A stretch of DNA of 64,000 nt from Adineta vaga. Taxonomy: Eukaryota > Animalia > Rotifera. The notes below the pieces were generated by a model. It was not told the origin of the DNA. It saw only the letters and a list, made by a program, of their open reading frames with translations, and ran no database searches. The stretch lies in NCBI GenBank assembly GCA_021613535.1, contig CP075492.1:20290755-20354754 (forward strand), read 5' to 3'. Positions 9,816 through 22,219 of the stretch are shown in pieces (position 1 is the first letter of the stretch; every line of letters starts with the position of its first letter). The translations under genes were made by a program, and so were the position numbers.

Positions 9816-10777
9816 TCATTGTTTTTGTTTCTTCTTTGTTTGCTGCCGTCCAACAAAATTATTCCAACAAGGTATGATAGCCGGGACACATTGTTGATAA
9901 TCAATATATGACTGGCCAAAAAATCGAACGAGTTTCTTTTCTTCGATGGGTATTCCAATAGCATCATAGACACATGTAAAAACGATGAAAGCTAAACGAT
10001 CCAGTGACATCGTAGGTGTGATTATTAAAGGGAGAAGTGTAAATAGATATAATGGATGACGACAAAAGCGAAACAGACCAGTAGTGACTAAAGTATGCAC
10101 GCCAGTCGTTCGTTGCTGGGACATCGTCGTTGTAGAAAATGGACAACTGATAGTTCCAGTTTGACTGAACAATTGTTTTATACCAGAAAATTCTAATGGA
10201 TCAAATTTGAAGATCACATACATACCTGAAAAAAAATAGAATTGAAGCACAATGAAGGAAAAGAAAATATTTTATCAGAGTGACCTGGAGCATGAATGAT
10301 AGTAAATATTGTCAACAATACAAACTGTTGTTGATAGAGACTCATTGTTGTTGGCAGCCAATTCCATAGTTGTACATGAGTATGTTGCCAGAAGCCTAGG
10401 ATCACGAAGACAGTAATACTAACCATGACACAATAAGCGGTCCGAAGTGTCTGTTTAGGCAACAAGTATCGAGTGATCACTGCTTGCACAGATTCTTGTG
10501 CGAACACTGTATGTGCAATAGCAAAGATGGCATAGAGTAGAGCGTCAAATGCCAATTTTCCCCAGATAGACGATGATAGGGAGTTGATTTCTAAATAGGG
10601 TACTCGAAAAAGTGGACTCATAAATGGCAGATAATTCGAAATAAAATTGATAATAAGCTGTGGCATTTTCATGTCACAAGCTGTCCAAGCAAAAAGTATC
10701 TGAGCAAAGACACCACCGAATAGAATGTTCAAAAGTAACCAGATAATACGAGCCACAGGACTCAGTTGTTGATTCAT
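9816..10777 (-). CDS. Nurim/MddA-like isoprenylcysteine-carboxyl-methyltransferase-family membrane protein (intron 10284-10226)
   Basis: Multi-TM protein with GIKQ, GLFRFCRHPLY and EEKKL..FG.SY.DY...VP motifs. A 59-nt GT-AG intron joins the two ORFs. Confidence 0.8.
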
Positions 10778-10954
10778 CTAGAAAAGAAAATGTTTGTCAG
10801 TATCTAATGACATAAAAAGAGGAATATTAAAATAATGTAACAAAATGGTAGATAACATGATGATGAGTCCGTTCTTTTAGTGTTATGCTATCTAACCATC
10901 GAACGTTCATTTTGTTTGTGACATTACTCAATACTTTTTAATTATAGTATATAG

Positions 10955-11458
10955 CAGAGTTGGAACCGATCCGGTCTAAAAAAACTTTCCAAACCGGTAA
11001 ACACCGACGAAAAAGGTAACCGATATATTAGAATTATGATTCTACAGCGCTCATATGTTTATATTTTCCCGAAGCAATATGCATGATGTCTCTAAGCGAG
11101 AAAAAACACTTTTTTACTCAACAGCCTATTGCTAATTTACAAATCCTAAATTGTTGGATCTCAAATCTGAGCTGTAGCAGTTGAGAGGTTTGTCTTAAGT
11201 GATATTCTTTTCATTATACTTCCTAGAAAGAAAATAAACTTCGATTAAAAAATTAAAATATTTAGAGAAATCGAAGAAAACAAAATTAATTTATCTTGGA
11301 ACAATACGATTATTTGAATTGAACAGCTGAAACTTGCCGGGACATATTTTACTAGGAATGAGATTGTATCCAAAAAAATTATAAAATTCATTTTTTACTA
11401 AATCCTGAGGGAACGTACAAGTGAATCTAGAAATTTCTTTGAATCGGTTACAACTCTG
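10955..11458. mobile_element. Non-autonomous hAT element (MITE)
   Basis: TIR CAGAGTTG(G/T)AACCGAT and 8-bp TSD GTATATAG. Confidence 0.85.
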
Positions 11459-11559
11459 GTATATAGTTATAATATATTAGCTTAAGGAGCTAAGTGTACC
11501 TGTTACGATAATTCAAAATTTAATTAAAAATCAAAAGTGAAGAAATTCACGAAAATATA

Positions 11560-12379
11560 CTTAGGGCATACCAAAAGTAGTGGCGTCACCCTCTGATTTC
11601 TTCAATAGAAAGCTTGGATAAGTTTTCTTTTTCTATGTAGTGACAGAGAAAACGCCGCTCTATTTTCTGCACTATAAAACAAACACAGTATACCATGAGA
11701 TGCAGCGTGAAAAGCTCTACAAGTTTTAAGGAACAGCTTATTTTATATTATGGATAAGGAAAAGGAAGTTCCCTTCGCACAGATAAAACTGAGCTTTTTA
11801 AGGACGGTCAGAGAGAGTTTGACTGCTGTTGAAAACAAGAAATATGCAATTAAAATAAGTAACATTATTCAGATTGTCGAGCTACTTATGGTGCATCTTT
11901 TGATGTATTTTGTTGTTTTTCAAATAAAGAATATTAGGTGATAAAAAGATGAAATGTGCAAAAATGAATTCATCTTCTACCAAAAAGCATCGTTTTTGCA
12001 AGATCGAAAATTGATGACTTAAAGTTTTGATCGTTATATGGTCAAAAAGTACAACTATAAAATAAGTGATCTTATATAAACTGTAGAGCTTTTTCGTGCT
12101 GCATTTTGTGGTATATTCTGTTTTTCTATTCAACTTAGTAAGTGGGTGTAAACTGAAATGCAAAGCATGACCATTAATTCTGTTTGAAATGTTAAAAAAG
12201 TTGTACACAACAACAGCTCTTATCAAAATTTTATTATTATGATATTAGTCGAAGAGTGATTAAGTAGTGCAAAAAATAGAGCGGCGTTTTCTCTATCACT
12301 ACATAGTAAAGGAAAACTTATTCAAGCTTTCTATTGAAGAAATCAGAGGGTGATGCCATTACTTTTGGTATGCCCTAAG
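11560..12379. mobile_element. MITE with ~115-bp TIRs and TA target (Tc1/mariner-like)
   Basis: TATA-CTTAGGGCATACCAAAAGT...ACTTTTGGTATGCCCTAAG-TATA. Confidence 0.8.
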
Positions 12380-13954
12380 TATATCAATCGACTCATTATT
12401 ATAAAAAATCTTATTTGTGATGAAGAAAAATGAGAATTATCGTCAAAATTTAGTAAAAGTGATTTTTGTCAACAAAGAAAGAAGGATAAAAAATATGTGA
12501 TATATACCTTTTTTGATTAGAAGTATGATGAATCGAAGGTCATAAAATATTTGAGTATTTTGCTTACTTGAAAAATTGGCTAGGTTTACAAAATCGACCA
12601 ATACGTATCTCACTCGACGCGATTCAAAGCGCCACTACTAATACTGCTTTGAGTCTACACTTGATTATCAACTGATGTAATAACAAGCGAAAAAAAAATC
12701 TTACTGAAAACTGATTTTTTCCCTAGTCTCAATCCTGTTCATCCTTTGAGAAAATCTAGAAGGATCTTTCAGGATCCCAACAAGATCTATACCTCTAAAA
12801 ATCATAACAGGATTTCAATACCAGAATTGAATAAAATCTCAACAATCATAAATTGAATGGTTTTTGAAAATTTTACTATGTTTTTCTTTTGAGCACGATA
12901 GAATTGTGATAATCAATAGAAATCTCCTATGATTCCTCTTTCTGAAAGAAAAGGTTATATGGAGCATAAAAATGCTTAAAATTTATCGGTTTATTCAAGC
13001 CAAGTTGGTATCATACATTTACCTACGTTGCATATACGCGTTTTATTTTTCCTATATCTGGCAAAAAATGCAAAGGAAAGACAAACTGTGTAGTGCAGCG
13101 CGATGAGAAAAACGTGCATGAAAGGTATTCATCCATATTCAGCTAATGACCATGTGCATGTAATAGCACGGTTGGTCGATTCACCTAAATAAGCATTACT
13201 TGGAAAAAACCAAGTAACTTTATTGAATATAAACATACGAAGTAGCTTACTTTCTACATACACAAAAACAACTTCAATACATTCGAGCATAAATTTCCAT
13301 TGTAAGTATGCCTAATTATCCATATATCCATTAGTCTACGTAACGCGATACGATAGGCATAAATATTTGCTTTAGAATTCGAAAGAAATGTTTAAAGACA
13401 CCTGAAGGCGGAAGAAAATGCGTTTTATTATTTGAAAAATTGTTTTTTTGTGAGTCAATAAAATGTACACATTCAGCAGTAATTCCAATATTGTACGGTA
13501 CAATGTATTCTGTCTCACTTTCAAACTATCCTAGCACCTTGATGTCAAGCTCGGAACTCCTCTATAAAATGTTGTGAAGAGTTTAACTATATTGATTATG
13601 GAAAAAAATGTACGAGTTCGATCTGAGTTTTCTTCTCAAGTGTGCAACGATGTATTCTTTATTTCAGAAAAGAGTCAGCGAATCCGTTGAATTCACGCTG
13701 CTTCTTTCTATTCGGGTCACATTTAAATCTGCACCTAAATAAATAGACAAAGTCTGATCAATTTGAAAAAATTTTCTTTGTGGATTTTGTCCAATATATC
13801 TTCTATATTAAAATAAAGCTGACATTCAAGGCACATCATTAACCCTTTAACTAATAATTTTTTTTTGAAACTAACTACTATCCGTTTCAGAGTAAAAGAC
13901 AACTAACTATAAATTGGCTCACTCTTATTTTCTCTCTATTGTTCCTTGTGAGTA

Positions 13955-14884
13955 ACGGGTGGGGCAGAAGAAATTGCCGGGTTTTGTAAGACTATTTTCT
14001 CAAATTAGACTAGATGAGAAAGTTTCGTTCTGAAGTCAAAAGATAGAGAATTTCGTGTAGATTTTACTAATATGTTCTTTACGAAATAAACATTTCTCCT
14101 TCTTTTATAATATTAAAGGTAATGGATACTACAAAAACATCATTTTCTCAACTGCAAAATGAGACACTTTTGGACTCAAATTTATGCCTGGTTTATTGTA
14201 GTTCCAAAATTTCTTCTTGTTCCTAAACGATGCAGAATTTGTCAGTGTATCTACTAGTGTCTTGATTTTTTTAAGCTTAATTGTGTCTGCTTTAAAGAAC
14301 ACAAAACATTAAGAAAATACCTCTCGGCCAACGGAATCGTACATTTCGTTGCAAATTTTCTCAGAACGTGGTTTTACAAAAACTACTCTCTTTATATCAG
14401 CAGATGCAGAATTTCAAGCTCTACAAAATACTGTTCTTTATAACAGTTAAGTTCCTTTTCTGAATTAATGGTAGGGCTGAAATCTTTTGTCTGATACAAA
14501 AAGGCACCAAAAATGGACAATTAGGCATTTTCTGCAAGCGGTTTTTCTAATGGCGAAACCTTAGCCGCCGATTTGATATTGCGATTCAAAAACAGATACT
14601 TCTCTGTACTTTATGATACTGTATTTGAATAGTGTATGTAAAATCATTTAACAAAGAAAAGTAACACTTTATTCCAGTAAAATGCTGAGCAAATGATGTT
14701 GTTTGTGGTATCCAGTACCTTTAATACTAGAAGAGAAGGACAAATGTTCATTTCGCCAAAAAAATATCAATAAAATCTACACAAAATTCTCGATCTTTTC
14801 ATATCAGAACGAAACTTTCTCATCCAATCTATCGTGAGAAAACAGTGTATCATAAAAGCCGGTAATTTCTTCTGCCACACCCGT
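13955..14884. mobile_element. Fold-back MITE (~160-bp arms) with nested insertion at its centre
   Basis: ACGGGTG.GGCAGAAGAAATT.CCGG inverted at both ends; TA flanks. Confidence 0.75.
14117..14720. mobile_element. Kolobok-like non-autonomous element
   Basis: TTAA TSD and TIR AGGTA.TGGATAC.ACAAA, inserted in the centre of MITE 13955-14884. Confidence 0.7.
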
Positions 14885-14936
14885 TACTACGTTATTTTTA
14901 GGTATATTCATTTATTGTTCGTTTTCTTTGATCAAA

Positions 14937-15701
14937 ATGATGGAATCGTTGTTTGGTGAAAAAAGAATTCATAGTAAAAAAGGTGATTATAAAGATGCCG
15001 ACTATCTTCGTGTTATCGGAGCTGGTTTGCCTCGTACAGGTACATCATCACTCAAAGCTGCTCTCGAATTACTCGGTTTCGGTCCTTGTCATCATATGAT
15101 GAATATATTTGATGATCCTTCGAGAGGTATACAATTTATACGAGCTCTTGATGGCTATCCAGTAGATTTCCACGAATTGATGAAAGGATATGGATCAACA
15201 GTAGATAATCCAGCAGCCGAATTCTACAAAGAAATTCATCAAGTCTATCCAAATTCAAAAATTATACTTACTGTACGTGATAGTGGTGAAAAATGGTTCG
15301 AAAGTGTGGAAAATACAATCGTACCAACAGGAAACGACATTTTCTATTTGATTGCTGTTTATCCAATACGTTTTTTGCGTTTACAATGTCTTCTTGGTAG
15401 AAGAATACACCAAAGATGGATTACAAGATATGGAAGTTATGGACCACAAATTCACGATTTACATAATGCTCGAGTCATTAGTGAAAATAAAAAAGATGAC
15501 TTGCTTATATTTAATGTTAAAGAAGGCTGGCCACCATTATGCAAGTTTTTGGATGTACCCATTCCGACGGAAATTCCATTTCCAAATATTAATGACACTA
15601 AACTCGTGCAACGTGTGGTTCGCAAGGCCAGAGTTGGTGGATTGATAGTTTGGGCATTTATTTTTATTATCATAGCTATTCTTATTCGTATTTTCCTTTG
15701 A
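14937..15701 (+). CDS. P-loop sulfotransferase-family protein with C-terminal TM (Sulfotransfer_4-like)
   Basis: VIGAGLPRTGTSSL, CHHM, GW.PLC.FL, PFP.IN motifs; intronless. Confidence 0.85.
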   Translation: MMESLFGEKRIHSKKGDYKDADYLRVIGAGLPRTGTSSLKAALELLGFGPCHHMMNIFDDPSRGIQFIRALDGYPVDFHELMKGYGSTVDNPAAEFYKEIHQVYPNSKIILTVRDSGEKWFESVENTIVPTGNDIFYLIAVYPIRFLRLQCLLGRRIHQRWITRYGSYGPQIHDLHNARVISENKKDDLLIFNVKEGWPPLCKFLDVPIPTEIPFPNINDTKLVQRVVRKARVGGLIVWAFIFIIIAILIRIFL

Positions 15702-15718
15702 CTGATTATTTGAACTAT

Positions 15719-16483
15719 CTTGAGGTGAGGGTGAGTTTAAATAAGAATTTAGCTACTACGACGCGTTTCGACTCAGCTACGAGTCTCAGCAGGTGGCTTA
15801 ATATAATAATCTGCATACGATTTGAATAAAAAAATTTAAAATTAAATAAATTTCAATTGATCTTTATTTTCTGTCAATGTTGCTCGTGCTTTCTTATTAT
15901 GGAACTCTTTTAATATCCAATATATGAATATTTTTAGAATTTTCTAATTCATAAGTGATTTTTTTAAGTATTTAACCACATTTGAATAAAGACTCATGAA
16001 TTAAATGAATGATTTAGGATTATGTGTTATGCTGAATTATAGAAATGAACCATCTTCAGGGTGAGTAAAGCTACCATAATACCAGGTATTTCTGAAATCG
16101 ATTACCTCTTGATTTATTAAGGTTTATGATCTAGAAAAAGGTTTCATTAAATGTTTTATCTAAAGGACAGAAAAGGTTCATGAGATGTGTTGTTAAATAA
16201 ATGTGTATGGGAAGGGGGATATCTCGATTTATGTAAGTGTTTTGTTTTACAAGATGTATGCTAACTGTTAGTAGGATGTCTTGTTTTTTTTGTAAAGTCA
16301 ATGATTTTAGTTTTTAATCAATTTCAATTAAGAATGTATTGAGCTTGTGTTGAATATCGTATTGTGTTATTCGTATTAAAATGTTTTCACGTAGAGTAAT
16401 GATCGCCATGACGTTGTCAAAGGTTGGAACATTTTTGTGAGAGAATCTTGTTTGTATTGTGAAGACTGTTCATTGAATATCGC
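15719..16483 (-). mobile_element. Hammerhead-type Athena pLTR-like unit(s) joined through telomeric repeats
   Basis: CTTGAGGTGAGGGTGAG at 15719, hammerhead about 20 nt inside, second GGGTGAG junction near 16058. The distal boundary is uncertain. Confidence 0.55.
15755..15797 (-). ncRNA. Minimal hammerhead ribozyme with core mutation
   Basis: Sense GCCAC-CTGCTGA-GACTC/GAGTC-GAAA-CGCG-TC-GTAGT. Confidence 0.7.
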
Positions 16484-16624
16484 TTAACCCTTTCACTCCC
16501 GACTTTTTTTTTACAAAATTTATGTTTGAAAAAACATTGCTCAATGACTAGAGGGTATTTTAGGATCACTGGTTAAGTTTCAACCAAAAAGCTGTATTTT
16601 TCTATGAGTATGTGTGTATTCAGT

Positions 16625-17550
16625 TTATTGTTGGTACACAAAGTTTTGATGATACAAAGAAAAACATTTTTTCACACAGAGACAAACACCACAAAAAATG
16701 CATATGACATTCGTTCTTTTTTCTTTTTCTTTTGTGCTACAGTAAGCGCATCTACGATAAATTGAAATAACATCTGGCAAATGAGCTAGCAACCGTACTT
16801 TTTCAGAATCTTCCGAATCACTGCTGCTTTTCTCGATGCGGATCTTCTTCTGATTACTCCTTGCCAAAGGTCTTCCTATTCGTTTTCTACTACAATAGTT
16901 ACCTATTAGTGCGGTGCTAATATATGATATATATTTTACTGTACTAATATTACTACTATCGGAATGATCTTTATAATAAATAAATGAATTTACTAATGAC
17001 ATCCCAAGAAAATGAAAAAATATTCTCATCCAGTTTCTCTTTGACTTTCGATCAATTGTATAATACTTAATTTTTTGATCGGATAGATCTACTCCTCCCA
17101 TGTACTTATTGTACTCACTGATTGCTAACGGACAAGAAATTTGCTTTTTACTACCATCTTTATATCGTCGAGTAACTTCACTTGATTCTTCAGGATCAAA
17201 GTAATTTGATGCGACTAGGACTTCTTTCTTGTCCATCCATTTTATCACAGAAATTCCATTTGCTGATAGGTATCGAAAATCTCCTCTTTCTAATGCTTCA
17301 CCTTTTTTCAATTCAATTGGGAAGTATTTTCTATTGGATCGAATTGTACCGGTAGCTGATATCTTTTTTTCCTCAGCTTGTAAAGTAAAACGATGGACGT
17401 AAAATAGCTATCAAAAAATAATTGACGATTCTTCAAATTTATTCCATCTATTAATGATAAAACTACATGCTCACCTAATGACAAATATCGTTCTACAGAT
17501 TTTCCTGTATAAATTTCTCGACAATAACCAGTAATATAAGTCTGTCCAGA
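16625..17550 (-). pseudogene. piggyBac transposase C-terminal fragment
   Basis: YNKYMGGVDLSD and C-terminal Cys-rich domain; frameshifted upstream. Confidence 0.85.
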
Positions 17551-17554
17551 TATA

Positions 17555-18488
17555 CACCATGATCACGTTGATTTTGACCGTTTTGTGTAGCTTACTGTGT
17601 GCGAGTGACACATCGGAAATTTTTTATTTCGATAGTGTTGGATAACGCATCAATTCTTCTATCGAACCATATAGTTTCGATTTTATCTTTTTTGATTGCA
17701 CTTCAGAAATTAATAAACTACGAAAAGAATCAGGAAAACACTTTTGCAACAGGACCAAATTCCATAGCGTCTTTTTCTAATCGCTAATAGGTTTTACTTG
17801 ATAAACAAACTGTATCGGACAGTGCATCATGAAAAACTCTATAAGTTACAAAAGGCCATTTCAATTTGTTTTGTTTTCAGACGACGAATACCAAATCTCC
17901 TTCTTCAGAAGAAGCGTCTCGTTTCACACGATTAAAATATGTATTTTTACAGTTTTGTATTTGAATTACCCAATGTATCGTCATAAAAAAGTCATACGCA
18001 CCAAAAGAACCAGCTTGAAAAGTTCTAAAACCTGCTCAGTAATGCTAATTAAAAACTTAAAAAAAAATTTTTTTTTAATGCTCCTAGATCATTATTAGCA
18101 TTGTCAACGTTTGATCAGTGAGACTTTTGCCCATTTTCGAAGGAAAAAGAGTAAAAATAAAATACGCGATCTTATGTAAATTGTACAGCTTTTCACGCCA
18201 CATCTTCTAGTATATATTTTTTTTCAGAGAAGCCTGTTAAATGATGCAAACGAAAACTTCGAAGTATGGTCACACATTCTGTTCTGACAACTTTTGCAAA
18301 AGTGTTTTTCTCATACTTTTCGTAGTTTATTAATTTCTGAAGTGCAATCAAAAAAGATAAAATCGAAACTATATGGTTCGATAGAAGAATTGATGCGTTA
18401 TCCAACACTATCGAAATAAAAAATTTCCGATGTGTCACTCGCACACAGTAAGCTACACAAAACGGTCAAAATCAACGTGATCATGGTG
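17555..18488. mobile_element. MITE with ~200-bp TIRs nested in piggyBac
   Basis: TA-CACCATGATCACGTTGATTTTGACCG at both ends, inverted. This explains the duplicate ORFs 17599+ and 18444-. Confidence 0.85.
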
Positions 18489-18790
18489 TAGATTGTTTAG
18501 GAAAAACTTCGTGAAATCTATGAGACACGGCATAGTACGATATCAGATACATAAGAATATCTATTTAACCCTTCACAGATGCGTCCTGAATAAAAAAGAT
18601 GCAAATATTACTTCGAGATCTTGGAAACTTCAAATAGTTTTGAAATTTTTTGAAAAACATAAATTTTCACGAGGTGGGAAATATATATCCCACCGGGAGT
18701 GAAAGGGTTAACTAATAATGATTACTATTTTGCACATCAAAGAATGGTGCCTTGCTCAAAACTTGATTCTAAAAGCATCATCTATATATG

Positions 18791-19727
18791 CTAACAGTTT
18801 AGATTCATACCGTTTCCACCAGCGATGACAACACCCACAAGTGCACCTGGCATCCAACGCATGATTCGATGATGAATTGTATCAGATATATACACAATTT
18901 TTGTTTGTTCATCAACCCATACACCATTGGGTGAAGCTAAAGTTTCAGTATCGTGAGCCCAATCAGTCCAGTTCGATCCAGCAACTTCAACGCCTGAGAA
19001 AGCATTCTTTTCCCATTTTTGAATTCGAGCATTTCCTGAATCGGCCACATATAAATCATCAGTAGTTCGATCAAAATAAAGTCCATCAGGTGAACTAAGA
19101 TATTCATTTCCATTTCCTCTCTCATCCGTTTGACCAGCAACAACTTCTGTCAAATTTGTTTTTGGTGACCCTTTGATTACACGATGTCGATCCGATTCTG
19201 ACATATAAACGTTCTTTTCTTCATCAACTGCTATACCAAAACATGATCGACATTCATCGCCTAGTTGAATACCTTTCAATGCTCCTTTCGTCCATTTTTC
19301 TACTCGATTCCCAACAAAAACCGAAACGTATATTGATGGTCCATCATCATCATCTTCATCAACATAAATCTTTGAAGGAGAATTAATATCAAATGCCACA
19401 GTTGTACCTGAACCGTGAGGTGTATTTAATGAAAACATTTGAACTCGTTGATTACCAAAATCAGCTACATATAATGTATTAGTTCTTGTCAACATGAAAA
19501 TTCCTTTCGGCACAGACAATTCAGTTGCTCCAGCACCACTGATACCTGTACCCGCTACTGTTTTACCATTTGGATCCCACTTAGCACAAGGACTAATCTC
19601 AATCGATTCTATAGACACATGGAAGTAGAATACGAGAGTAACTTAATAAAGAAAGAAAAATTCTTGAAAAAATACCTAGATTAATTTGACTTGTATACTT
19701 ACAAATGTAAATAATACTATTCAGCAT
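18791..19727 (-). CDS. Secreted NHL-repeat (beta-propeller) protein, 3' exons apparently lost
   Basis: NHL repeats (LYVADFGNQRVQ, LYVADSGNARIQKW). Short signal-peptide exon 19727-19703 with a 61-nt intron. The donor after GGNG has no visible downstream exon. Confidence 0.75.
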
Positions 19728-20135
19728 AGTTCGCAACAACTGACAAGAATAAAGAAGAACTAAAGATAATATACATCGATATCAACGGCATGTGCATCAA
19801 TGACAACGTTTTTTTTCTCGTTTTATAAGTATCGATAAGACCATTTTCTCGCCTAAAATATTTTTCAAAAAGAAGGTGAGGATATGGGGTGTAGATGAGG
19901 GTATAGAATCTGCACCCACACTCTCAAGCAAGATTGACTATCGATACAATCTAAAATGTCCTAATCACCTTCAGATGCAACTTTCGAAATGTACATTACT
20001 ATACTCACACTTGTAACATTTGTTGATGATTACAAAAATTAAAAAAGACGTTTCTATAATCGTATTGTAATATCATCATTTATTTGCAAATTTCCAAAAT
20101 ACATTTTATTCTATAAATGATATTCAAACAAAAGT

Positions 20136-20910
20136 TTAATCGTTTTTTAATTTGTTTAATGGAATATATACTTCAGCACTATTCATAGCAGTAAATCCTC
20201 CAGCAATTAGAACATTTCCATTTTGTAAAACAGTTGATGAGTGTAATTCTCTTTGATCATTCATATTATCCTCGATTGTCCAAGTGCCCGTTTGAGGATC
20301 ATACAATTCACCAGAATTTAACGCACCTGAACAGACATCTCCACCAGCAACTAAAACTTTTCCATTTGATAACACAGATGCTGTATGATATTGTTTACCA
20401 TCAGTGAGAGTTCCAGTAATTGACCAAGTTTCTGTTAATGGATCATATAATTCAGAACTTGTAGAACATCCTCCACTAGTGACTAATACTTTTCCATCAT
20501 GTAAAACAGATGTTCTATGTGACATTCACGCAATATTCATACTACGAGTCAACGTCCAGATTCCACTTGTTGGATCATACAATTCAGCACTACTGAAAAA
20601 ACCTTCTACACCAGTAATTAAAACTTTTCCATTTGGTAATACAATTGCTACAGCAAACATTCGTCCATCTTTCATATTATCAACACTTGTCCAAGTTCCA
20701 TTTGATGAATCATAAATTTCGGTAGTGTTATCCGTTCCACTCATTGATAATACTTGTCCATTTTTTAGTACGACAGCTGTATGTCGATATCGTGCATTAT
20801 TCATACTACCAGTTACTGTCCAATTTCCTGATAATGGATCGTATAACTCACAATTTGTTATAGCCGTAGCTCGACCATTGTCACCACCAGTCACTAATAC
20901 TTTTCTATTA
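20136..20910 (-). pseudogene. Kelch-repeat protein fragment
   Basis: HTAS.L.NGKVLV.GG repeats, in-frame TGA at 20528-20526, 5' end cut at the mariner. Confidence 0.8.
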
Positions 20911-22219
20911 TTGGGTTGGTGCATAATTAACGACCGTTTTTTTTTCTCCTAAGTTTATTCAATAAAAGAACAAAGTACACTCAATACATGTTCAAATGGT
21001 CATTCTGGAGCATAATCGCCACCTACTTCAATAACTGCTTCCCATTTGCTTGGTAAAAGATCGATTCCATGTGCAAAAAAGTGACGATCTTTGGATGCTA
21101 TCCACGCTTTGACATCATCGACAAGATCGTCCAGATCATCGTAGACTTTGTCTGCCTGCCAATTTTTAAGTGAACGATTGACGTGATAATCTGTAGGAGC
21201 TTCGGTGGGAGAATAGGGTGGGTGTTCAAGAAGTTCCCATCCTTTGTCGTCGATTGATTGGGTTACTTGATGTGCGACGTGGGGCTTGGCGTTGTCATGG
21301 TGAAACACGATGTGATTCTTCTTGCGAGGTCGTTTCACTTTAATAGCGGCTTCCAAACGATCGAGTTGAGTTGAATAGACGTCGCTGTTAATGTTGTGCT
21401 GCTTTTTTCCGTTTCTGTCAGGAATAGGCCATTCATGCTTCACATCCTTGTCGTCCCACCAGTAACAAAAACTTTGTTGGCGAACTTGAGTAATGATTTC
21501 CCAGTGAATAATTCCTGAGCGGTCCCATCATACACACCACATGGCCTTCTTGCAGTGAAAGTTTCGTGAAATACCTTTCGGGGATTGGCCACGGTTAACA
21601 CACATCTTCTTTCGCTTGACGTTTTTGAAGAGTAACCATGACTCATCTCCGGTGACGAAGAACTGAAGAAATGGATTTTGGTCGTTTCGCTGAAGCAATT
21701 GGTTGAAGATGCGCACTCGCTCGGTCTTGTTATGATCGGAGAGTTCATGAGGGACCCGCCCAGCCAGTTTCCATACTTTTCCTAAGTCTCTAAGCCGTCT
21801 AACAATGGTCGAATGGTCGACATTGAATTGCTCGGCCAACATTCGTGTAGTCAAACTTTCACCCTCTTCCACCGCTTGCAGAAGAGCTTGATCATCAAAA
21901 TTAGACAAACGACCTCTTCCTTCTTCATCTTCTAAGCTTGTGTTGCCGGATTTAAAACGTTCAAACCATCTTCGAACCTGTCGTTCACCGATTGTTCCTT
22001 GGTCGAAGAGTTCGTTGAGATCACGCCATGCCTCGGCGGCAGTGTGACCTTTCTCGAAGTGGTAGAGCATAATATGACGTATATGAACGTGGTTATCAAC
22101 ACGCATTCTTACTAACAAATGTCGGCGATACTATCTGAAAAAATTTTTAGACGAAATGTCAAATTAAAAAGGTTCAAAAGACGGTAATAAAAACGGTCGT
22201 TAATTATGCACCAACCCAA
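20911..22219 (-). mobile_element. mariner transposon
   Basis: TA TSD and ~30-bp TIR TTGGGTTGGTGCATAATTAACGACCGTTTT. Confidence 0.92.
21000..22118 (-). pseudogene. mariner (DD34D-type) transposase with one premature stop
   Basis: VPHEL, TGDESW, HDNA, YSPTEAPTDYH. ORFs 21528..22118 and 21000..21443 are in frame across TGA at 21530-21528. Confidence 0.88.

Larger units (their letters stand above)
16488..18707 (-). mobile_element. piggyBac element, internally deleted
   Basis: TTAA flanks, TIR CCCTTTCACTCCCG, transposase remnant. Confidence 0.9.

Noticed and set aside
13839-13860. piggyBac-like end TTAA-CCCTTTAAC
   Set aside because: No matching second TIR found.
17599-18444. Two near-identical small ORFs on opposite strands
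   Set aside because: They arise from the long TIRs of a MITE.
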